The position numbers and the translations under genes were made by a program. The notes below the pieces were generated by a model. It did not search any database. It saw nothing but the letters and a program-made list of their open reading frames with translations, and had not been told where the DNA came from. A stretch of DNA of 64,000 nt from Acidimicrobiales bacterium (lineage in GTDB: Bacteria; Actinomycetota; Acidimicrobiia; Acidimicrobiales; Bog-793): NCBI GenBank assembly GCA_050008715.1, contig JBEKMC010000002.1, positions 1,920 to 65,919 on the forward strand, read 5' to 3'. Positions 28,424 to 36,990 of this stretch are shown here, piece after piece. Within the stretch, counting starts at the first letter, position 1; each line of letters opens with the position of its first letter.

Positions 28424-30940
28424 TCACGCGGTTCCGTGCCGCGGGGGCACGCGAGGCGGCACAGGCGGCACCTCGGTCGGCTCTGACGTCCGAAGGATCG
28501 TGAACAAGGGGTTGACCATGACGATGTGGCGGCCGCGCTCGCCGACCATGCCCTCGACGACCAGCTTCGAGCCGGGCTCGATGCCCGGGACGCGGCGGCG
28601 GCCCTGGAAGACGAGCAGCAGCTGCCCGGTCCGGTCGGCGATCGTGCACTCGACGCTCGGGACGCCGGCACCGGCCTGCACCCGGACGGAACGGACTCGA
28701 CCGGACACCCGCGCCCGCTGGCGCGGGTGCAGCTCGTGGATCGCGGTCGTGCCCGGCACGACATCGGCCGCGGGCGCCTTTCCGGCCTTCCCCTCGCCGT
28801 GGCCGTGGCTACGCCCGGGCGGTGGGGCGCTGGCGCCGTCGGCGGAGGTACCGCCTGCGAGCCCCCAGGGGTGGATGGGGACACGGGGGCGCCGGTGGGC
28901 GACGGTCGTGACGAGATCGCTGTCCCCCGGTCCCATCACCGGGATCCCGCCGGCCGTCCAGGGCACGAGCGACTTGCGGCGGTTGCCGAGGGGGAACGGG
29001 ATGATGGTGGCGTTGGCGTTGGGCAGCTGGCTGACGTAAGCGGCGATGTGGTCGGCGGTGCGGTCGTGCAGGACCCGCTGCCAGTAACTCTCAAAACCAC
29101 GACGGGGCAGGATCACGCTCACCTCTGTCTGGCCGTCCTCGGCCGCCTCGGCGACGAGCTCCATGGCCGCCCGCTCGAGGCGCCGGTCGGGGCACTCGAC
29201 GATGTCGAGCGGGAACCGGTTGAGTCCGAGGCGACTCCATTGCTCCTCGAGCTCGCGGGCGACGACAGGGTCGAGCACGAAGTGGACCGCCCGCAGCTCG
29301 TCGGGTGAGAGCGTGCGGGCGTACTGCAGCGCGCGGGCGGCAGCGAGGTCGAGGCTCTCGACGAGCACGATCACGACGTGGCGGCGCAGGACGGGGGCGA
29401 TGGCCGCCCTCGGGGCGTTCGCCGCCAGCTCGACGCTCTCCTCGGCGTACTGCTTGTGCAGGCGGATGAGCACGAAGACGAGGATCGGGAAGAGGACGAC
29501 GACGAGCCAGGCACCTTCGGTGAACTTCGTGATGGCAAAGATCGCCACGACGATCGCCGACAGCACGGCGGCAAATCCGTTGATGAAAATCTTCCTCTGC
29601 CAACCTGGCTCCCGGTAGGTGAGGTGGTGCTTGACCATGCCGGAGCCGGCCATCGTGAATCCGGTGAACACCCCGATGGCATACAGCGCCACGAGGGCGC
29701 TCAGGTTCGCACGGGTGGCGACGATGAGTGCGATCGAGACGATGGCGAGGATGATGATGCCGTTCGAGAACACGAGCCGGTGGCCCCGCCGCGTGAGCCG
29801 GCGCGGCAGGAAGGCGTCCTGGGCGACGAAGCTCGTGAGATTCGGGAAGCCGTTGAAGCTCGTGTTGCCACCGGTGTAGAGGATGAGCATCGTCGAGGCC
29901 TGCACCAGGAAGAACCCAACCCTGCCCGCCGTCGCCGTCCCGAAGACGTACTTCGCCTCTTGTGACAGCACCGTCGGCGTACCACCGACGTACGGGACCG
30001 AATGTGTGACATGGGCGAGGTAGGAGACGCCGAGGACGAGCGAGCCGAGCGTCACGGCCATGAGGACCAGCACGCGGCGGGCGTTACGGCCGGTGGGCTC
30101 CCTGAAGTTGGCGACACCGTTCGAGATCGCCTCGAGGCCCGTCAGCGAAGACCCCCCGTTCGCGAACGCCTTCATCATGACGAAGACGGCTGCGAACACG
30201 AGCAACGACGAGCCGCCGTGGGCGCCGACGGCGACAGGACTGATCGACGCCGAGCTGCGGGAGGGGATGGGGTGAGCGTGCAGCTGGCCGAGGAGGGCGC
30301 GTACGACGCCGATGACCACGAGGGAGCCGATCGAGGCTATGAACAGGTACGTGGGCAACGCGAACGACTTGCCCGCCTCGCGGATGCCGCGGAGGTTGCC
30401 GTACGTGAGGACGAGCACGACGCCAACCGTGATCTCGACGGTGAGGTGGGACAGTGCCGGGAAGGCGGACGTCAGGGCATCGGTGCCGGCCGACGTCTGC
30501 ACCGCCACGGTGACGATGTAGTCGATGATGAGCGCCACGGCGGCGATCTGGGCGATTCGGGGCCCGAAGTTGTCCCGTGCGACGACGTAGGAGCCGCCGG
30601 CCTTCGTGTAGACCATGACGACCTCGCGGTACGACATGGTGACGAAGAACAGCACCAACAGCACGACGAAGGTGATCGGCAGCAGCAAGGCGAAGGCGGC
30701 GAGGCCGAAGTACGGGACGAGGATCGTGAGGATCTCCTCGGTGCCGTAGGCGGTCGAGGATATACAGTCCGGGGCGAGCACTCCAAGGGCCACGACCTTG
30801 CCGAGGCGCTCCTCGGAGAGGCGCTCGGTGATGAGCGGCTCCCCGAGCAGCCTCTTCTTCAGGCGGTACGAGAACGACTCCGGAAGCACGTACGCAGCCG
30901 CCGCCGAGGCGGTATCGGGTTGCGTCGGCGTTGAGCTCAC
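28424..30940 (-). CDS. APC-superfamily permease with a cytoplasmic C-terminal domain and a terminal OB-fold-like module
   Basis: The N-terminus (LAPDCISSTAYGTEEIL) and about 12 TM helices are typical of the APC family. These are followed by a soluble domain. The last 100 aa or so (RVSGRVRSVRVQAG...ECTIADRTGQLLLVFQGRRRVPGIEPGSKLVVEG) resemble small stand-alone OB-fold proteins of actinobacteria. Confidence 0.75.
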   Translation of the reverse strand: MSSTPTQPDTASAAAAYVLPESFSYRLKKRLLGEPLITERLSEERLGKVVALGVLAPDCISSTAYGTEEILTILVPYFGLAAFALLLPITFVVLLVLFFVTMSYREVVMVYTKAGGSYVVARDNFGPRIAQIAAVALIIDYIVTVAVQTSAGTDALTSAFPALSHLTVEITVGVVLVLTYGNLRGIREAGKSFALPTYLFIASIGSLVVIGVVRALLGQLHAHPIPSRSSASISPVAVGAHGGSSLLVFAAVFVMMKAFANGGSSLTGLEAISNGVANFREPTGRNARRVLVLMAVTLGSLVLGVSYLAHVTHSVPYVGGTPTVLSQEAKYVFGTATAGRVGFFLVQASTMLILYTGGNTSFNGFPNLTSFVAQDAFLPRRLTRRGHRLVFSNGIIILAIVSIALIVATRANLSALVALYAIGVFTGFTMAGSGMVKHHLTYREPGWQRKIFINGFAAVLSAIVVAIFAITKFTEGAWLVVVLFPILVFVLIRLHKQYAEESVELAANAPRAAIAPVLRRHVVIVLVESLDLAAARALQYARTLSPDELRAVHFVLDPVVARELEEQWSRLGLNRFPLDIVECPDRRLERAAMELVAEAAEDGQTEVSVILPRRGFESYWQRVLHDRTADHIAAYVSQLPNANATIIPFPLGNRRKSLVPWTAGGIPVMGPGDSDLVTTVAHRRPRVPIHPWGLAGGTSADGASAPPPGRSHGHGEGKAGKAPAADVVPGTTAIHELHPRQRARVSGRVRSVRVQAGAGVPSVECTIADRTGQLLLVFQGRRRVPGIEPGSKLVVEGMVGERGRHIVMVNPLFTILRTSEPTEVPPVPPRVPPRHGTA

Positions 30941-31029
30941 CTGGCTATCTTGGCCCGCTTCGAGGCCCCTGCGCCCACCGGAGCCCGATTGGCTTGTCTA
31001 CGACCATGCGATCCGGAAGGATGAGGGTG

Positions 31030-31701
31030 ATGCACGTCATCATCGTCGGCTGCGGCCGAGTAGGTTCCGGGCTCGCAGCCGGGCTCACGCGAGAGGGCCA
31101 CAGCGTGGCCATCATCGACAAGAGCCAAGGCGCCTTCCGGCGTCTCCCGTGGGGGTTCGACGGGCAGAAGGTGGTGGGTTTCGGGTTCGATCGCGCCCAC
31201 CTCGAGCTCGCGGGCGCAGAACGGGCCGACGCCCTGGCGGCCGTCACGAGCGGCGACAACTCCAACATCCTCACCGCCCGGATCGCCCGCGAGACCTACG
31301 AGATCCCCAACGTCGTCGCGCGGATCTACGATCCGCGGCGGGCGGAGATCTTCCAGCGGCTCGGCATCCCGACCGTACCGAGCGTCAGCTGGACCATCGA
31401 GCAGGTGTTCCGCCGCGTCCTGCCGAGCACACGATCCTTCGTCTGGTCGGACGGCACCGGGCATCTCCACCTGCTCGAGCGGCCGCTGCCCTTCTCGTGG
31501 GCCGGGTCTCGCATCGCCGACGCCCTGCCGAGCGAAGGAGTGCGCCTCGTCTCGGTCACGAGGGCGAGCGTCCCGACGCTCGAGGTGGCCGAGCTCGTCG
31601 GGCAGGAAGGCGACATGCTCCACCTCATAGTCTCGACCGACGCAATCGACGCGCTCGAGGCACGGTTCCTCGTCGCCGACCAGGCAGCCGGGCGTTCGTG
31701 A
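31030..31701 (+). CDS. trkA: TrkA-family K+ transport regulatory protein (RCK N+C domains)
   Basis: It has the MHVIIVGCGRVGSGLA Rossmann motif plus a TrkA-C-like C-terminus. I prefer ATG 31030 over ORF-track 30931. Confidence 0.85.
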   Translation: MHVIIVGCGRVGSGLAAGLTREGHSVAIIDKSQGAFRRLPWGFDGQKVVGFGFDRAHLELAGAERADALAAVTSGDNSNILTARIARETYEIPNVVARIYDPRRAEIFQRLGIPTVPSVSWTIEQVFRRVLPSTRSFVWSDGTGHLHLLERPLPFSWAGSRIADALPSEGVRLVSVTRASVPTLEVAELVGQEGDMLHLIVSTDAIDALEARFLVADQAAGRS

Positions 31702-32366
31702 GAGTCGCCGTAGCCGGCGCCGGCAAGGTCGGCCGCTTCCTCGCCGAGGACCTCGCCAGCAGCGGGCACCAGGTGCTCCTCCTCGAGAAGGACCCGGCCC
31801 TCGTCGCCATGATCGACCCAGTGGCCGGCGTCACCTGCGTCACGGCGGATGCCTGCGAGGTCGCCTCTCTGCACGCCGTCCATCTCGACGACGTCGACGT
31901 CGTGGTCGCCGTGACGGGCGACGACGAGGACAACCTCGTCATCTCGCTGCTTGCCAAGCAGGAGTTCGCCGTTCCACGCGTGATCGCCCGGGTCAACCAC
32001 CCGCGGAACCACTGGCTGTTCAACGAGGCCTGGGGCGTCGACGTGGCCGTGTCGACCCCTCAGCTGCTCGCCGCCCTCGTGGAGGAGGCCGTGTCCGTCG
32101 GCGTGCTCGTGCGGCTGCTGCAGTTCGAAGGCGGCAACACCCGACTCGTAGAGGTGACGCTGGCGGAGGCGTCGCCGGCTCGTGGGCGGGCGCTCGGCGA
32201 TCTCGGGCTTCCGCGCGGCGCAACGATCGTCGCCCTCGTGCGCGACAGCCACGTCGTCGTTCCGCGCTCCGACACCATCCTCGACACCGGCGACGAGGTG
32301 CTGCTGCTGGCGAGCGCCGCCATCGACGACAACGAGATCCGGGATCTCCTCGCCCCAGGCTCGTGA
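31698..32366 (+). CDS. trkA: TrkA-family K+ transport regulatory protein, second copy
   Basis: It has the VRVAVAGAGKVGRFLA Rossmann motif. GTG 31698 overlaps the upstream stop (GTGA). It is in frame with ORF-track 30798..32366, whose upstream part is an alternate-frame shadow. Confidence 0.85.
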   Translation: MRVAVAGAGKVGRFLAEDLASSGHQVLLLEKDPALVAMIDPVAGVTCVTADACEVASLHAVHLDDVDVVVAVTGDDEDNLVISLLAKQEFAVPRVIARVNHPRNHWLFNEAWGVDVAVSTPQLLAALVEEAVSVGVLVRLLQFEGGNTRLVEVTLAEASPARGRALGDLGLPRGATIVALVRDSHVVVPRSDTILDTGDEVLLLASAAIDDNEIRDLLAPGS

Positions 32367-33250
32367 CGACCACACAGACGAAGCAGGCCGCCTTCTTCGA
32401 TCTCGACAAGACCGTCATCGCGAAGGCCTCCATGGTCGCCTTCGGGCGGCCGCTTTACCACGGCGGTCTCATCAACCGGCGGACCGTCCTACGCGCCCTC
32501 TACGGCCAGCTCGTGTACCTGCATCTCGGCGCGAGCGAGCAGAAGCTCGAGCGCATCCGGGAATCGGTCCTACGCCTCACGCGGGGATGGGAGCAGGCGC
32601 GGGTCGCCAAGATCGTCGACGAGGCGCTCGAGCAGATCGTGGACCCGATCATCTACGCCGAGGCCGCGGATCTCATCGATCTCCACCGCGCCGCCGGCCG
32701 CAGCGTCGTGCTCGTCTCGGCCTCCCCTGCTGAGATCGTCGTCCCGCTCGGCCGCTACCTGGGGGCGGACGCGACGATCGCCAGCCGCGCCAGCGTCGAC
32801 GACGACGGTCGGTACACGGGGACGATGGAGTTCTACGCCTACGGCGAGTACAAGGCGGAGGCGATGCGGGCGCTGGCCGAGCGGGACGGCATCGACTTGG
32901 CGGAGTCCTACGCCTACAGCGACTCCTACACGGACCTGCCGATGTTGGAGGCAGTGGGCCATCCAGTGGCCGTGAACCCTGACCGGGTGCTGACGAAGTT
33001 CGCCCGTGAGCACGGGTACGAGATCACGCGTTTCGTGCAGCCGGTGCGACTGCGCGACCGCGTGCGCGACGTGAGGCACCGCATCACCTCGGTGTCGGTG
33101 CCCGTGCCTCCCCGGCCGGCAATGGCGATGTCAGCCGTGGTCGTGGGAGTCGGAGCCGGTGCGTTCGTGCTCGGGTGGTGGCTCGGCGCCAGGGGCCGCC
33201 ACGCGACCACGAGGGCAGATGCCGTGCAGCAACCGGTGGCGAATCGGTGA
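32363..33250 (+). CDS. HAD-IB family hydrolase (SerB-like) with a C-terminal hydrophobic helix
   Basis: It has AAFFDLDKTVI (DxDxT) and the distal YSDSYTDLPML motif. Its GTG start overlaps the trkA stop (GTGA). Confidence 0.75.
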   Translation: MTTTQTKQAAFFDLDKTVIAKASMVAFGRPLYHGGLINRRTVLRALYGQLVYLHLGASEQKLERIRESVLRLTRGWEQARVAKIVDEALEQIVDPIIYAEAADLIDLHRAAGRSVVLVSASPAEIVVPLGRYLGADATIASRASVDDDGRYTGTMEFYAYGEYKAEAMRALAERDGIDLAESYAYSDSYTDLPMLEAVGHPVAVNPDRVLTKFAREHGYEITRFVQPVRLRDRVRDVRHRITSVSVPVPPRPAMAMSAVVVGVGAGAFVLGWWLGARGRHATTRADAVQQPVANR

Positions 33251-33407
33251 TGGGCGAACCGAGTGCGAAGACCGACTGGGACAGGCACGGTGCGGTCGCC
33301 CTATGCACGAGGTTCGGTCCTGGCGGGCCGACGACGTCGGGGGTGGGTGGGCTGACTACGCCGGGTGGGTGACGGGCGCCGCCGGCACCTTCACCGGAGA
33401 AATGAGC

Positions 33408-33485
33408 TCAGTTCCCGCGGAGCCGCTTGGCGGCGACAACCCCGAGGGCGACGAGCAGGGCCAGGACGAGCACCTTCTTGATCAT
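33408..33485 (-). CDS. Candidate 25-aa single-TM micro-protein (below the ORF-track size cutoff)
   Basis: My own translation gives MIKKVLVLALLVALGVVAAKRLRGN*. It has a positive-hydrophobic-positive layout and lies 71 nt downstream of the sigma-70 stop on the same strand. No clear Shine-Dalgarno sequence is present. Confidence 0.3.
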   Translation of the reverse strand: MIKKVLVLALLVALGVVAAKRLRGN

Positions 33486-33556
33486 GCAGCGATCATACGC
33501 CGCAACGCCGGCTGCCGTTCGCAGGCCCGAGGCCGAAGGACTTCGAGCAGCGTCTG

Positions 33557-34579
<1,023 letters not shown>

Positions 34580-34673
34580 GAAGCGGTTGACAGCTCCCGA
34601 TCACGCACGCCCGCCGGGATTCAGCCCTCGAACCTGCACTGCCGTATGTCCGGGACCTAGTGTAACGGTGGAG

Positions 34674-35225
34674 TCAAGCGCCCCTACCAGGCTGTTTTCT
34701 GAGACGCCGCACTACAGCTTGCTCAGCTTGCAGATCTGTCGCCACCCTGCACAGGACCCGTTCCAGCGGCCCGTCGGCAGCTCTCGACAGCCGATCGAGG
34801 CGGAAGTCGTAGACGCCGGCGAGCACTTCGTAGAGCGCCGCCGCCGTCTCCGGCAGCGACTCGTCGGCGCCGCCGCTCCCGCCCGCTCGCTCCTCGACGG
34901 TGGACATGAGCGACGTCAGCGACCCGGTCGCGGCCGACGACAGGCAGGACACGGCGGCGTCCGGCACGAGCCCCACCGAGACGGGCAGGAGTGTCTCCAG
35001 CTCGCGGGCTCGCCAGGCGGCGCGCAGGCTCGCCGCAGACGCCCACACGACCTCCTCTGGCGAGCTGCACGAGGGCGCAGAACGGCCGAGCCAGCCGAAC
35101 AGAGCCAGCTCGACCTCCCGCAGGCCACCGATCACCCCCGCGGTGTCGGTCATGGCGAGTGGACCGTCGGGCCCGTTCAGCTCCGCCGCCAGGTCGCCAA
35201 GGCGACGGGCAGGTTCGGAGCTCAC
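34674..35225 (-). CDS. Hypothetical protein (183 aa), translationally coupled to nadE
   Basis: The frame has high third-position GC. Its GTG start overlaps the nadE stop (GTGA). I recognised no motif. Confidence 0.5.
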   Translation of the reverse strand: MSSEPARRLGDLAAELNGPDGPLAMTDTAGVIGGLREVELALFGWLGRSAPSCSSPEEVVWASAASLRAAWRARELETLLPVSVGLVPDAAVSCLSSAATGSLTSLMSTVEERAGGSGGADESLPETAAALYEVLAGVYDFRLDRLSRAADGPLERVLCRVATDLQAEQAVVRRLRKQPGRGA

Positions 35226-36940
35226 CAGTGCATGAACCCGTTCGTGATCGGCATGCGCCGGTCCTTGCCGAAGCCCCTGCTCGTGACCCGGGGGCCAGGA
35301 GCCGCCTGCCGCCGTTTGTACTCCGCCCGGTCCACGAGGAAGACCACCCGGCGAACGATGTCGGCATCGAAACCCTCGGCCACGATCTCCGCCGGCGTCC
35401 GATCGAGCTCGACGTACCCGTAGAGGATCGGGTCGAGGATCTCGTAGGGAGGCAGGCTGTCGTCGTCGCGTTGATCCGGGCGAAGCTCGGCGGAGGGCGG
35501 TTTCTCGAGAACGCTCGCGGGGATGACGACCTCTGCAGCATTTCGAGCTCGGCAGAGCTCGTAGACGAGGGTCTTCGGAACGTCTTTGATGACGGCGAAG
35601 CCGCCGTTCATGTCCCCGTAGAGCGTGGCATACCCGACGGCCATCTCACTCTTGTTGCCGGTGGTGAGGACGAGCCAGCCGAACTGGTTCGACAGCGCCA
35701 TGACGAGAGTCCCGCGGATGCGGGCCTGCAAGTTCTCGGCTGCGACACCCCCGGCACCGTCGGTCAATACCGGCTGCAGCAGTGTCAGCAGGGCATCGTG
35801 TGCCGGCTCGATCTCGATCGTCCGGGTGTCGATCCGGAGATTGGCCGCCAGTTCGATGGCGTCGGTGATCGAGCCCTCGGACGAGTACCTCGACGGCAGG
35901 AGGACGCCGTGGACGCGTGACGGTCCGATGGCATCGACCGCAATCGCGGCAACGAGCGAGGAGTCGACTCCTCCTGACAGGGCGACGAGCACGTCGCCGA
36001 AGCGGTTCTTCTCCACGTAGTCCCGCGTGCCGAGAACGAGGGCCGCATAGACCGCTTCCGCCTCCGTCAGCTCCGGGGCGATCCCGGCACGGGGGAGCGG
36101 TGACGGATCATCGGTACGAACCCCGGTCACGAGGCGAGCCGGCAGCGCCGGCGTGTCGGGGCGACCCCGGGGGTCGAGGATGCGCTTCCGGTATGCCGGG
36201 CGAAGATCGAGGTCGGTGAGCAACATGGCTTCCTCGAACCGTGGCGCGGAGGCAAGCAGTGCCCCGTCGTCGCCGAGGATCATCGAGCCGCCGTCGAACA
36301 CGAGCTCATCCTGTCCTCCGACGAGGTTGACGTACGCGAGGACGGCGGAGGCGTCTGCCGCCCGTGTGGCCAGCATCCGTCGTCGCTCGGCGAGGACGCC
36401 CGCACGGTAGGGCGAGCCGTTCAGCACCACGATCAGGTCGGCTCCGCCGGCGCCGAGGCGCGCCACCGGACCGGTCGGGCTCCAGGCGTCCTCGCACACG
36501 ACGACGCCGACACGGACGCCGTTGACGAGGTAGAGATGGTCGTCAGCGGTGGATGCGCCGGAACGGAACCAGCGCTGCTCGTCGAACACCCCGTAGTTCG
36601 GGAGGAGCTCCTTGTGCCAGACACCGTGCACCTTGCCGCCGGCGCAGACTGCGGCGGCGTTGTAGAGGTCTCCGTCGGCGTCGACGTATCCCACGACGGC
36701 CGCGCACTTGCCGGTCTTCTCGGCGATCGTGTCGAGGGCGCGCAGGTTTGCCTCCACGAAAGCCGGGTTCACGAGTAGGTCCTCCGGCGGATAACCCGTG
36801 ATGACGAGCTCCGGGAACACGGCGAGATCGGCCCCTGCACCTTCGGCGTCGGCGAGGGCGGCGAGAACCTTGGTGACGTTGCCGTCGAGGTCGCCCACCA
36901 CCGGGTCGAGCTGGCACAGGGCCACGCGCAGGCGGCCCAC
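35222..36940 (-). CDS. nadE: Glutamine-dependent NAD+ synthetase (CN-hydrolase + synthetase domains)
   Basis: An N-terminal nitrilase-like domain is followed by the SGGVDSS ATP-pyrophosphatase motif. The length is 572 aa. Confidence 0.9.
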   Translation of the reverse strand: MGRLRVALCQLDPVVGDLDGNVTKVLAALADAEGAGADLAVFPELVITGYPPEDLLVNPAFVEANLRALDTIAEKTGKCAAVVGYVDADGDLYNAAAVCAGGKVHGVWHKELLPNYGVFDEQRWFRSGASTADDHLYLVNGVRVGVVVCEDAWSPTGPVARLGAGGADLIVVLNGSPYRAGVLAERRRMLATRAADASAVLAYVNLVGGQDELVFDGGSMILGDDGALLASAPRFEEAMLLTDLDLRPAYRKRILDPRGRPDTPALPARLVTGVRTDDPSPLPRAGIAPELTEAEAVYAALVLGTRDYVEKNRFGDVLVALSGGVDSSLVAAIAVDAIGPSRVHGVLLPSRYSSEGSITDAIELAANLRIDTRTIEIEPAHDALLTLLQPVLTDGAGGVAAENLQARIRGTLVMALSNQFGWLVLTTGNKSEMAVGYATLYGDMNGGFAVIKDVPKTLVYELCRARNAAEVVIPASVLEKPPSAELRPDQRDDDSLPPYEILDPILYGYVELDRTPAEIVAEGFDADIVRRVVFLVDRAEYKRRQAAPGPRVTSRGFGKDRRMPITNGFMHW

Positions 36941-36990
36941 GTCACGAGCGTACCCCCTCGTGCTCCTAACCTGCTCAGCGAGGCGATGAG

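Noticed and set aside
30941-31029. Possible c-di-AMP (ydaO/kimA-type) riboswitch upstream of the APC permease or trkA
   Set aside because: The divergent gap is only about 90 nt, too short for that riboswitch class. I saw none of its conserved pseudo-symmetric ACGGGG/CCCGA-type elements.
33175-33372. 65-aa plus-strand ORF after the HAD-IB gene
   Set aside because: It overlaps the end of the HAD gene in another frame. The product is Gly/Pro/Arg-rich with no RBS or motif.
34580-34673. TTGACA/TTGACT hexamers upstream of the primary-like sigma gene as a sigma-70 promoter
   Set aside because: No acceptable -10 element lies at 16-19 nt spacing on either strand, so no promoter call was made.
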